A stretch of 61,397 nucleotides of DNA, counting the filler. It is 6 parts of 6 records of this genome, joined end to end, with 100 filler letters (N's around TTAATTAATTAA, not from the genome) between each part and the next. Parts side by side here need not be neighbours in the genome. Positions count along the whole stretch, not along the records: positions 24,231 to 35,873 come from SRR2962707_984; positions 35,974 to 43,391 come from SRR2962707_994; 4 more parts are not named here. One strand, written 5' to 3'. The notes under the pieces were generated by a model, which saw nothing but the letters and a program-made list of their open reading frames with translations, did not search any database and was not told the origin of the DNA. Shown one piece after another: positions 31,164-40,149 of this stretch; the stretch's first letter is position 1; each line of letters starts with the position of its first letter. A program made the translations under genes and the position numbers.

Positions 31164-33065
31164 TTATTTCAAGTCAGCACCTTCAATGATTTCTTCGACC
31201 ACCTCCGGGTTTAGCAAAGTAGAAGTATCCCCCATATTGGAGATATCCTTGCTTGCTACTTTTCTCAGAATTCGACGCATAATTTTTCCAGATCTTGTTT
31301 TCGGTAATCCGGGTACAATTTGTACTTCATCAGGCGTAGCGATGGGTCCAATGATTTTTCGAACGGTATCCTTTATTTCCTTCTTGAGATTCTCTTCGGT
31401 CCGGCCTTCCATGTCGCAGATAACATACGCATAAATACCCTGACCTTTGACATCATGTGGGAAGCCAACGACTGCTGATTCCACCACTTTTGGATGCTCA
31501 TTAATGGCATTCTCTACTTCTGCGGTACCCATCCTGTGTCCGGAAACATTGATTACGTCATCTACTCGTCCTAAAATCCTTAAATAACCATCGTGATCTC
31601 TTTTTGCTCCATCTCCGGTGAAATACATGTTTTTATAGGCAGAAAAATAAGTCTGCCTGCACCGTTCATGATCCCCATACGTTGTTCGAAGCATAGAGGG
31701 CCATGGAAATTTCACACAAAGGTTACCTTCTACATTATTTCCATGCAGCTCCTTACCTTCAGCATCTACAATTACCGGTTGTATGCCAGGAAGTGGTAGC
31801 GAGGCATGTGCAGGTTTATTAGGAGTAATGCCTGCCAGGGCAGAAATCATGATACCTCCTGTTTCTGTCTGCCACCAGGTATCAACCAACGGGCATTTTC
31901 CTTTGCCTATATGGTCGTGGTACCAGTGCCATGCTTCTTCATTGATTGGCTCACCTACTGATCCAATTACTTTCAATGACTCCAGGGAGTACGGCTCCAA
32001 CGGTTCCAAGCCATAGGCCTGAAGTGCCCTTATAGCTGTTGGTGCAGTATAAAACTGATTGACCTTGTACTTATCGACAATTTCCCAAAACCGTCCGGCG
32101 TTCGGGTAAGTCGGCACACCCTCAAACATCAAGGTGGTAGCTCCGGCTAAAAGCGGGCCATAGACAATGTAAGAGTGGCCAGTGATCCAACCTACATCCG
32201 CAGTACACCAGTACACATCTCCCTGAGCGTATTGAAACACATTCAAAAATGAATAGTAGGTGTAAACCATATAACCACCACAGGTATGAACGACACCTTT
32301 TGGTTTACCTGTGGAGCCTGACGTGTAGAGAATGAAAAGCATATCTTCAGAATCCATTTCTACTGCCTTAAAATCTTTGGATTGGCCATCAATAGCATCA
32401 TGCCACCAGATGTCCCTTCCCTCCTTCATGGTGACGTCATCACCTGTTCTTTTATAGACGATAACTTTCTCAACAGAAGAAGTTTTCTCCAGCGCCTCAT
32501 CCACTACGGGCTTGATGGGAATTTGCTTTACTCCACGATAGTTCCCATCAGAAGTTAATACCATTTTAGCTTCACAGTCATTGATACGATCAGCGAGTGA
32601 GTTGGATGAAAAACCGGCGAAAACCACAGAATGAACAGCTCCAACCCTTGCGCATGCCAACATGGCGACTGCAGCCTCCACCACCATAGGCATGTAGATG
32701 ATGACACGGTCGCCTTTCTTAACTCCATTGGCTACAAGCGCATTCGAAAACTGGCATGTCATTTCATAAAGCTCCCTGTAACTGATCGTTTTATTTTCAT
32801 CACTCGGCTCATTGGGTTCCCAGATGATGGCAGGATCATCTCCTTTTGTAAACAGGTGCCGATCCAAAATATTTTCAGTGATATTTAATTTTCCGTTCAG
32901 GAACCACTTCACATCCGGACCATCAAAATTCCACTCCAACGTCTTATTCCAGGGCTTTTTCCAGTAGAAAGAATCAGCAATGCGTGACCAGAATTCCTCT
33001 GGCTGTAATACACTTTTTTGGTACTCGTGAATATATCCGGAGAGGGTTTGAATTTTATGGCTCAT
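31164..33065 (-). CDS. acs: Acetate--CoA ligase (acetyl-CoA synthetase)
   Basis: YTSGSTGKPKG, WITGHSY, DTWWQTETG, GRVDDVINVSGHRMGTAEVE, PKTRSGKIMRR. Confidence 0.97.
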   Translation of the reverse strand: MSHKIQTLSGYIHEYQKSVLQPEEFWSRIADSFYWKKPWNKTLEWNFDGPDVKWFLNGKLNITENILDRHLFTKGDDPAIIWEPNEPSDENKTISYRELYEMTCQFSNALVANGVKKGDRVIIYMPMVVEAAVAMLACARVGAVHSVVFAGFSSNSLADRINDCEAKMVLTSDGNYRGVKQIPIKPVVDEALEKTSSVEKVIVYKRTGDDVTMKEGRDIWWHDAIDGQSKDFKAVEMDSEDMLFILYTSGSTGKPKGVVHTCGGYMVYTYYSFLNVFQYAQGDVYWCTADVGWITGHSYIVYGPLLAGATTLMFEGVPTYPNAGRFWEIVDKYKVNQFYTAPTAIRALQAYGLEPLEPYSLESLKVIGSVGEPINEEAWHWYHDHIGKGKCPLVDTWWQTETGGIMISALAGITPNKPAHASLPLPGIQPVIVDAEGKELHGNNVEGNLCVKFPWPSMLRTTYGDHERCRQTYFSAYKNMYFTGDGAKRDHDGYLRILGRVDDVINVSGHRMGTAEVENAINEHPKVVESAVVGFPHDVKGQGIYAYVICDMEGRTEENLKKEIKDTVRKIIGPIATPDEVQIVPGLPKTRSGKIMRRILRKVASKDISNMGDTSTLLNPEVVEEIIEGADLK

Positions 33066-33162
33066 GCTCTATGTATTTTTCCTAAAAGGTAAAAAAGCTT
33101 AAGGTTTATTGAAAGGCAGATGCAGGGTTATTCCCGAAATGATCCGTGAGATTAAATGCAAC

Positions 33163-33198
33163 AAAAAAAGCTCGGAAAATTCGAGCTTTTGCTTTTTT
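33163..33198 (-). terminator. Rho-independent terminator downstream of the SCP2 gene (possibly bidirectional)
   Basis: AAAAGCTCG-gaaaatt-CGAGCTTTT inverted repeat with an A-tract on the left and T-tracts on the right, just after the SCP2 stop. Confidence 0.75.
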
Positions 33199-33211
33199 AT
33201 CAATATGTGGA

Positions 33212-33508
33212 TTAGAAGAGTGAAGTCAACTTCATTGCTGCACCTTTATCGCCTTCTATCTTTAGCTTTCCTGACATAAATGCCATCATGACGTTTAAGT
33301 CCCCTGAAAGGATTTTGTTGAAATTATCCGCAGACATTTTGATGGAAAATGGAGCATCCCGCTCCTCATTCACTACGACTGTAGGAGATACGGTATCATC
33401 CAGGTGCACCACTCCCTCCTCAAATTTGAAGTTTGCTTTTCCCTGAAACTGTCCACTGTGTTTATCTGCAAGCTTTTGAATTTTCTCAGTTATTTCTTCT
33501 AAAGTCAT
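33212..33508 (-). CDS. SCP2 sterol/lipid-binding domain protein
   Basis: C-terminal GDLNVMMAFMSGKLKIEGDKGAAMKL signature; 98 aa. Confidence 0.9.
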   Translation of the reverse strand: MTLEEITEKIQKLADKHSGQFQGKANFKFEEGVVHLDDTVSPTVVVNEERDAPFSIKMSADNFNKILSGDLNVMMAFMSGKLKIEGDKGAAMKLTSLF

Positions 33509-33511
33509 CTG

Positions 33512-34573
33512 TTATATTGGTTTTGGTTGAAAAGTAACTTCAAATAATTTGGGCCACCACTTACCGGTAATGTAGATGCGGTCACTATCAGCATCATAAG
33601 CTATACCATTCAGTACGTCAGCACTTTGAGCCTCCTCTTTTGAGAGGATGCCTGTAAAATCAATTTTTTTCAAAACTTCCCCGGTTTCCGGATCAACCAC
33701 AACGATGAAGTCTTCCTGATATACATTAGCGTAAATTAAGCCATCGATCACTTCCAGTTCATTTAGTGCATCTATTTTACCAGAATTATCAAAGACCTCA
33801 AGTTCACGCTGAATAGTAAAGCTTGTTGGGTCCACAAAGTACAATTTCTCAGTCTCATCGGTCATCACCAATTGATCACCTAGTGTCGCCAGACCCCACC
33901 CCTCAAGCTGATAATTAAAGGTCCGTATTTGCTCCATATCAGCATTGTAAACGAATCCCTGACCTGATGTCCAGGTAAGCTGATAGAACTCACCATTTAT
34001 AGTAGCAAGGCCTTCTCCAAAGAGGTCGGCGGCCAAATTCACTACTTTAAGAGTTTCTCCGGTAGTAAGGTTCTTCTTTTTGAACGTCGAACTGCCCCGC
34101 TGGCCGGTACTCTCATATAAAACTCCATCCTTAATTAGGAGTCCCTGAGTGTAGTCATCCGTGTCATGAGGATACGTATTCTTAATTTGGTAGGTCAACT
34201 CTTCAGGCGCATTTTCCGGAAGAATCACAACCTTTCGAAAATGAGTTTCAGACTTCTCTCCGCTATATGCTTTGGTTACTAATCGCCTGGTTCCCACCCT
34301 TCGATCTGGAATAGTCAACTGAAAGGAAGTCGTCTTAAAAGTATAAGACTTGTCATCTATGGAAACTTCAATGGAATCAATCGGGAATCCTTCATTTGTA
34401 GCCACTGAAACGTCTATTAAAGTGCCTCTGACAAATACTTGATTTTGAGAAGGCTGCTCAATGGAAGTGTTTTTCCTTATCCGGGGAGATGAATCCTTTT
34501 CTGTTTCTTCCTTGCCCTGTTTGCACGATACAAAAATCAGCAAGAAGAGAATCGCATAGCTTAGTCTGAACAT
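33512..34573 (-). CDS. Glutaminyl-peptide cyclotransferase (plant/bacterial beta-propeller type), lipoprotein
   Basis: Lipobox FVS|C; YPHD..YTQGL, ESTG, FGEG, QLTW, EGWGL, LNELE, VLNGIAYD and TGKWWP motifs. Confidence 0.92.
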   Translation of the reverse strand: MFRLSYAILFLLIFVSCKQGKEETEKDSSPRIRKNTSIEQPSQNQVFVRGTLIDVSVATNEGFPIDSIEVSIDDKSYTFKTTSFQLTIPDRRVGTRRLVTKAYSGEKSETHFRKVVILPENAPEELTYQIKNTYPHDTDDYTQGLLIKDGVLYESTGQRGSSTFKKKNLTTGETLKVVNLAADLFGEGLATINGEFYQLTWTSGQGFVYNADMEQIRTFNYQLEGWGLATLGDQLVMTDETEKLYFVDPTSFTIQRELEVFDNSGKIDALNELEVIDGLIYANVYQEDFIVVVDPETGEVLKKIDFTGILSKEEAQSADVLNGIAYDADSDRIYITGKWWPKLFEVTFQPKPI

Positions 34574-34603
34574 GCCCTAAAATTAGCAAATACTGCTATA
34601 TGA

Positions 34604-35860
34604 TTATGCCTCGGACTTAGGACTTTCACCTGAAGACCGCATTAGTGTCGGCACTGTCAGACCCTGATAGAGAACCGAGCAAACTACTACGATATAGGTC
34701 ATCGTCACAATCACATCTTTTCCATTGAAATCCGTAAGCGAAAGTGAAAGCGCAATAGGTAAACCTCCCCTCAGAGCTCCCCAGGTGAGAACGGATATCG
34801 TATTTGGGGCAAAATGGTTTTTTACTGACATCATTTTGATCGGGATGAAAACACTTGTCCACCTTCCGAATAACACGATGCAGATGGCAAAGAATCCTGC
34901 TGCAATAAAGTCCAATCGCAGATCTAAAACCAACATCTCCAAACCGATAAGTACAAACAGCATCGCACTGAAGGTCTCTTCGAGTAGCTTCCAGAATTTG
35001 AAAACATAATCTCCTGTCGCACTGGCCACATGCGTACTTTTTCCTTCATTTCCTACTACGAGTCCCATTACAACAGCTGCTTGTTTGGCAGATACATGAA
35101 TAAAATCAGCCAACTGAGAGCCCACAAGCACCAGAGCTAGCGTGATAAGTACTTCAACCTCTACTGCATCATTATCTACATACTTTAAAAGGCGATACCC
35201 AATATACCCTAAAAGCAATCCGATGAAAATCCCACCTCCAATATCAGCTACTACGATGTATGCGGTTTCAATAATGGTTAATGTGTGATCCTCCCCCGCA
35301 TGAGCAATGTCCAATAATGTAAGAGCAAGAACCACCGCAATACCATCATTAAAAAGGGATTCACCCTCAATCTTAATTTCCAACTCTTTTGACAGGTTGA
35401 ACCGTTTGATTGTGCGTGTTACCGCAATGGGATCTGTTGGAGATATCAAAGCCCCAAAAACAAGGCAATACAGGTAATCAAGGTGAATGCTCATCGCATC
35501 CAGCATAAAATAAACGCCTGAACCAATTACGAATGTGGAGATCAATACTCCCACGATGGCCAACACCAAGACAGAGCTTCTTTGGCTACTTAATTTTCGA
35601 AAATCAATATTCAAAGCACCTGAGAAGAGCATGAAGCTCAGTACAATCTGGTATAGGACCTCCTCGAATTCATATTCCTTCACATGCTCCGCGAGATGTA
35701 ACTCAGGAAATACACTCCCTATTATCAGGACAATAACAGAAAGGACAAGTGCCATTATCATCAACCCGATGGATGATGGTAGCTTCAGATAAAAAGTGTT
35801 TATGAAAATAAACGCTCCCGATAGGAAGATAAACAAGGCGATGATGTCGAGAATACTCAC
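34604..35860 (-). CDS. CPA1/NhaP-type Na+/H+ antiporter
   Basis: FGALISPTDPIAV, IEGESLFNDG, WGALRGGLPIAL; many TM segments; GTG start. Confidence 0.93.
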   Translation of the reverse strand: MSILDIIALFIFLSGAFIFINTFYLKLPSSIGLMIMALVLSVIVLIIGSVFPELHLAEHVKEYEFEEVLYQIVLSFMLFSGALNIDFRKLSSQRSSVLVLAIVGVLISTFVIGSGVYFMLDAMSIHLDYLYCLVFGALISPTDPIAVTRTIKRFNLSKELEIKIEGESLFNDGIAVVLALTLLDIAHAGEDHTLTIIETAYIVVADIGGGIFIGLLLGYIGYRLLKYVDNDAVEVEVLITLALVLVGSQLADFIHVSAKQAAVVMGLVVGNEGKSTHVASATGDYVFKFWKLLEETFSAMLFVLIGLEMLVLDLRLDFIAAGFFAICIVLFGRWTSVFIPIKMMSVKNHFAPNTISVLTWGALRGGLPIALSLSLTDFNGKDVIVTMTYIVVVCSVLYQGLTVPTLMRSSGESPKSEA

Positions 35861-35873
35861 TTCCGTGTAATTT

Positions 35874-35973
35874 NNNNNNNNNNNNNNNNNNNNNNNNNNN
35901 NNNNNNNNNNNNNNNNNTTAATTAATTAANNNNNNNNNNNNNNNNNNNNNNNNNNNNNNNNNNNNNNNNNNNN
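35874..35973. other. Artificial contig spacer 3
   Basis: Same design. Abrupt shift from AT-rich Bacteroidota-like to GC-rich alphaproteobacterial DNA; the gene on the right side is truncated. Confidence 0.98.
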
Positions 35974-36408
35974 CAGCATGATGCCGACCAGCGGCACCAG
36001 CAATTGGTCGCGCAGCGGCACCACCCGCAAAATCCGCAGGAACAAAGCGGTTCCCGCCAAAGCAAAGGCAGCGGCAACCAGCATCTTGGCCATCAAGGGC
36101 CAGCCCGGCGCCAGAATGGTGACGACGAGAAAACCGAGGCTGGCAGCTTCGGTTGTGCCCGCGGTGGAGGGTTCGACGAAGCGGTTGCGCACCACCATCT
36201 GCATCACCAGCCCGGCAATGGCGAGCGAACTGCCCGCCAGAATGATCGCCAGTGTGCGTGGAATACGGCTGATCAGCAGTACCTGCATCGCGCGGCTATC
36301 AGCGTCAGACGCCAAAAGGGTGCCAAGCGAAACATCGCTGACACCAACAAACAGGCTGACAATGGCCAGGGCAATAGTTGCCCCGATGGCAAGAGCAAGC
36401 AGGCGCAT
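35974..36408 (-). CDS. FecCD-family iron-siderophore ABC permease (3' truncated at contig edge)
   Basis: ATG at 36408 with GGAG upstream; SRIPRTLAIILAGSSLAIAGLVMQMVVRNRFVEPSTAG. Confidence 0.9.
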
Positions 36409-36434
36409 CGCGACCAGCTCCAATCAAACAGGCA

Positions 36435-36464
36435 AACACCCGGCTGCCGAAACAGCCGGGTGTT
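36435..36464 (-). terminator. Intercistronic 12-bp stem-loop between binding-protein and permease genes (mRNA stabiliser or partial terminator)
   Basis: AACACCCGGCTG-ccgaaa-CAGCCGGGTGTT perfect inverted repeat. Confidence 0.65.
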
Positions 36465-36483
36465 GGTTGGTTCTCATGGGGGA

Positions 36484-37407
36484 TTAGCCGTTCAGGCCGG
36501 CCAGCACCTGATCGAGCAGCAGCATCACGCCGGTATAGCCGTGCATGGTGATGTAAGCAGCCTGCGGATCGAGATAGACGATGTGCCCGTTCTGGGCAGC
36601 ACTGGTCTGGTTGACCAACTCGTTGTCGAGCAGGGCAGCGGCTGCGCCGGTGCTTTCGCCGGTTCCCGCATCGCGGTCGATAACGAACAGCCAGTCGGGG
36701 TTGGTTTCCAGGATGAACTCAAACGAGATGCCGTCGCCACCGTGATCGCCATCTTCGACGTCAGGCATGGCAGTGGGAATACCGAGCTGATTGTGGATCC
36801 AGGCAACGCGGCTGTCGGGACCATAGACGCCGACATTGCCGGCATTGGTGACCAGCACCAGAGCATTGCCCTTGCCGTCGGCAGCAGCCTTGACCTCAGC
36901 CACTTTGGCATCGAGCGCGGCGTTGAGTTCGGCAGCCTTGTCCTGCAGCTGGAAGATTTCCCCCAGCTTGGTCAGATTGGCCTCAATGCCACCGATGATG
37001 TCGGCATTGTCGATCGACATGTCGATGGTGGGCAGAATGTCCTTGGCCGTCTCGTAGGCTGCGCGCGAGCGGGCGCCAACGACGTAAAGATCAGCTTCCG
37101 AGGCGGCGATGCCTTCAAAATCGGGCTCAAACAGCGAGCCGATCTGCAACGCATCTGGCGCCACGAACCCCTGAAGATAAGCCGGGGAGTTGGAGGCAGG
37201 TACGCCGGCAACGGCAATGCCCATGGCATGCAGGTTATCAAATGCAGCCCAGTCCGAGGTCAGCACCTTTGCTGGTACACCGGAAATAGTGGTTTCGCCC
37301 TGTGCATGGGTGACCGTGACGTCTTGCGCCAGGGACATGCTGGGCAGGGCAAGAGCGCCAGCGACCAGCGCTGCGAGAATGGCGGGCGTGTGAGTAAGCT
37401 TGTTCAC
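36484..37407 (-). CDS. Siderophore ABC transporter substrate-binding protein (FatB/CeuA-like)
   Basis: Likely GTG start at 37407; signal peptide ending SLA|QD; VTHAQGET, IGSLFEPDFE, HGGDGISFEFILETNPDWLFVIDRD. Confidence 0.9.
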   Translation of the reverse strand: MNKLTHTPAILAALVAGALALPSMSLAQDVTVTHAQGETTISGVPAKVLTSDWAAFDNLHAMGIAVAGVPASNSPAYLQGFVAPDALQIGSLFEPDFEGIAASEADLYVVGARSRAAYETAKDILPTIDMSIDNADIIGGIEANLTKLGEIFQLQDKAAELNAALDAKVAEVKAAADGKGNALVLVTNAGNVGVYGPDSRVAWIHNQLGIPTAMPDVEDGDHGGDGISFEFILETNPDWLFVIDRDAGTGESTGAAAALLDNELVNQTSAAQNGHIVYLDPQAAYITMHGYTGVMLLLDQVLAGLNG

Positions 37408-37467
37408 TTGGCATCCAATCGGGAACGACAAACAGGGGCACAATCAAACATGATTGAGTATGTCCGG

Positions 37468-37520
37468 TTATTATCCACGCCGCCAAGCGGAGTCAAAAGC
37501 TAATGTGATATTTTCCGTCA
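37468..37520 (-). promoter_or_regulatory. Putative sigma70 promoter with RirA/IRO-type iron box
   Basis: Minus-strand TTGACT (37496-37491) with GATAATAA 15-17 nt downstream. TGA-N9-TCA (TGAtattttccgTCA) at 37506-37520, just upstream of the -35. Confidence 0.55.
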
Positions 37521-37529
37521 TATTATAAG

Positions 37530-37559
37530 CGCCCGGGCTGAACTTAATCAGACCGGGCG
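37530..37559 (-). terminator. Stem-loop immediately after the sco stop codon
   Basis: CGCCCGG-g-CTGA-acttaa-TCAG-a-CCGGGCG; no strong U-tract. Confidence 0.45.
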
Positions 37560-37564
37560 GGGGA

Positions 37565-38161
37565 TCAGGACTTGGCCAGCAGCATGCGCAGCTTTGCCAG
37601 TGCCGTGGTCTGATCTTCGCGATAGGCAATTGTGCCCTGGAATTCGCCGTTGTCGTCGATCAGGAAAACCGAGGCGCTGTGGTCCATGGTGTAATCGTCG
37701 CCTTCGAGCGGCACGCGCTCGTAAAAGACAGCCCAGGACCGGGCGATCTTGGCAATTTCCTCGGGCGAGCCGGTCAAGCCGGTAATGCGATCACTGACCC
37801 AACCGACATAGTCAGCGAGGATTTCTGGCGTATCGCGTTCTGGATCGACCGTGACGAAGTAGGCGCGCAGATCCTCGCCTTCATCGCCAAGCGCTTCAAA
37901 CCAACCGGCCATTTCCGCCATGGTTGTGGGGCACACTTCAGGGCAATGGGTGAAACCAAAGAATAGCGCCGAGGGATGGCCCACAAAGATGGTTTCATCC
38001 ACCGCATTGCCTTTCTGATCAACCAGATCATAGCTCCCCGTGCCAAAGCCCGACGCAGGTTTGGGTGGTTCGCGCAGCAAAAACGCCCCGGCTCCGGCCG
38101 TCAATGCAAGCACGCCAACCAGTCCCCAGAGCCAGAAACGAATGGTCCCAAGATCCATCAA
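37565..38161 (-). CDS. SCO1/SenC/PrrC copper chaperone
   Basis: N-terminal TM; FGFTHCPEVCPT (CxxxC); TVDPERDT; YTMDHSA. Start overlaps the upstream stop (ATGA). Confidence 0.95.
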   Translation of the reverse strand: MMDLGTIRFWLWGLVGVLALTAGAGAFLLREPPKPASGFGTGSYDLVDQKGNAVDETIFVGHPSALFFGFTHCPEVCPTTMAEMAGWFEALGDEGEDLRAYFVTVDPERDTPEILADYVGWVSDRITGLTGSPEEIAKIARSWAVFYERVPLEGDDYTMDHSASVFLIDDNGEFQGTIAYREDQTTALAKLRMLLAKS

Positions 38162-38712
38162 TTGGTGCTTTCGCTGTTCAGGGCGTCATGGTCCATCATG
38201 GGCGCATCATCCTGGCTGGCGCCGTGATCCCTTTCCATTGCGCCATGCCCTGCACTATCGGCAGCAGTGCCCAGCACGGGCAGTTCGACTTCAACCGGAC
38301 CGGCCTTCTCAAATACCAGCGTGATGGTGATGCTTTCGCCTTCAACGAAGGCCTGATTGAGACCCATGAACATGATGTGGTAGCCGCCGGGAGCCAGGGC
38401 CACGGTTGCACCGGCGGGGATTTCCAGCCCTTCGGCCAATTCACGCATCTTCATGACGTCGCCCTGCATGGACATTTCATGGATCTGGGTGTCGCCAGCT
38501 ACGCTGGATGTGGCCGAGATGAGACGGTCAGTCTGATCACCTGTATTCTCGATGGTCAGAAAGCCACCCCCGACCGGCGCATTGGGCAGGGTGGCGCGGG
38601 TGAAGGGCGCCGAGATGCTGATTTCACCGAGGTGAACAACACCGTTATGGGCTAAGGCGGGGGTAACGAGCAGAAGAGTGGCCGCAAGGGCGGCGCGCAG
38701 CAGAGTGATCAT
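38158..38712 (-). CDS. Periplasmic copper chaperone PCu(A)C with His/Met-rich tail
   Basis: ATG at 38712 after GGAG; signal peptide ending ALA|H; QIHEM...MKMREL...LAPGGYHIMFMGL motif; tail GHGAMERDHG...MMDHD. Confidence 0.93.
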   Translation of the reverse strand: MITLLRAALAATLLLVTPALAHNGVVHLGEISISAPFTRATLPNAPVGGGFLTIENTGDQTDRLISATSSVAGDTQIHEMSMQGDVMKMRELAEGLEIPAGATVALAPGGYHIMFMGLNQAFVEGESITITLVFEKAGPVEVELPVLGTAADSAGHGAMERDHGASQDDAPMMDHDALNSESTN

Positions 38713-38766
38713 GATGATCTCCGGAAATGGCAGTGTGATTTGAGGCGAGCCCAATGGCTCAGGCGG

Positions 38767-39150
38767 TCAAACCAGTGCCGGCGGTCCGCGCGGTCCCGAT
38801 GGTGCGGCAATGATCGCAGGCGTCGGGGTCTGCGTTGCAAAGGGGCGCGGGGCCGTCAGGCGTGCGGGGCGCTGCTCGAGTACCAGCGCTGTCGACGTGG
38901 GCGCCACCGCGGCAGGCTTGCCAATACCGGTTACGGGACATTTGGTGAGCCAAACGTCGCCGTCCTGCCGATTGGTTTCGAGCGAATTACACAGCACCCA
39001 GCCGGTCTGGATGGTGCTGTAGCCGAGTTCCTCAAAGGCCAGTTGGCTGGCGCGGGCTTCGTGCAGCGGCGCCAGGATGGTAAACAGATAGACGGCGAGG
39101 ACAGCCAGGGCCGTTCCGATCTCTCTGCTGAAGCTGCGCGCGCTGTTCAT
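38767..39150 (-). CDS. DUF2946-like (CruR/CutF-type) leader protein ending in RGPP
   Basis: N-terminal hydrophobic segment, VLC...CPVT, Pro/Ala-rich linker, C-terminal PRGPPALV. Lies directly upstream of the copper chaperone genes. Confidence 0.75.
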   Translation of the reverse strand: MNSARSFSREIGTALAVLAVYLFTILAPLHEARASQLAFEELGYSTIQTGWVLCNSLETNRQDGDVWLTKCPVTGIGKPAAVAPTSTALVLEQRPARLTAPRPFATQTPTPAIIAAPSGPRGPPALV

Positions 39151-39205
39151 GGCTCACTCATAGGATGGCACCGCGGCGCGCGAAAGCGCCGAAATGTCGC
39201 AAGCC

Positions 39206-40117
39206 TCAGATTGAGGGGACGTAGGTTTCGCTGCACAGCGTAATGAAGGTCTTGACCGCTGCCGAGAGCGGCGTCGACTTGCGGCGTGCCACCAGAAGCT
39301 GGCGCAATGCCCAAGGCTCAGCCAAAGGGGCGCAGATCAGATCGGTGCCGGCCAGCAGATGCAGGCTGGTCGAGCGTAGAAAGCCGATGCCAAAACCGGC
39401 CTCAACCATGCGTACCAGCGCCGGGAAACTCTCGACGCGCAGCGTTTCCGTCAGCGGCTTGTCGGCGGCCTTGGCGGCATCGGCCAGTAGTCGATCAAGC
39501 GAGCCGGCGTGATGAATGCCGACAATGGGATGATCGAGCACATCGGCAAAGGCGATATCCTTGCGCGGCTCGATCCGGTCCGCCAGGGCGTGATCAGGCG
39601 GCGCCACAACCCACACTCGATCATCCTCAAAAGGTTTGATGTCGAAGCGCGTGAAATCGTAATTGTCCGAGACGATGGCGACATCGGCTCGCCCTTCGTC
39701 CAGCGCCAACAGTGCCTTGGCTGCGCTCATTTCCTGAATATCGAGATCGATGCCGACATGCTTGTCAGCGTAGCGTGCGAGCAATTCGGGCAACCGCCCG
39801 GTGAGTGCCGAACTGGTACAGGCCAGTCGGAGCGCGCCGCGCTGGCCGCTGCCAAAATCGGCCATGACGGCATCGAGGTCGGCAATGGCGCGCAAGACGG
39901 TGCGACAACCCTCGGCATAGGACAGACCCGCCGTGGTCAGCTTGACCCCGTGCGCGGAGCGGTCAAACAGGACGACCCCCAGGCGGCTTTCGAGATCGGA
40001 TACGCGGCGGCTGACAGCCGAAGAGGCAATGCCCTCGCGCTCGGCGGCGCGGCCGATGGAACCGGTATCGGCCAGCAATAGAATCAAGCGCGCGGTAACG
40101 CTGTCGAACGGTGTCAT
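39206..40117 (-). CDS. LysR-family transcriptional regulator
   Basis: ATG at 40117 after AGGAG; HTH GSIGRAAEREGIASSAVSRRVSDLESRLGVVLFDR; substrate-binding domain MVEAGFGIGFL. Confidence 0.93.
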   Translation of the reverse strand: MTPFDSVTARLILLLADTGSIGRAAEREGIASSAVSRRVSDLESRLGVVLFDRSAHGVKLTTAGLSYAEGCRTVLRAIADLDAVMADFGSGQRGALRLACTSSALTGRLPELLARYADKHVGIDLDIQEMSAAKALLALDEGRADVAIVSDNYDFTRFDIKPFEDDRVWVVAPPDHALADRIEPRKDIAFADVLDHPIVGIHHAGSLDRLLADAAKAADKPLTETLRVESFPALVRMVEAGFGIGFLRSTSLHLLAGTDLICAPLAEPWALRQLLVARRKSTPLSAAVKTFITLCSETYVPSI

Positions 40118-40149
40118 CTGGTCTCCTGAGGGCACCATACCCATCAGCG

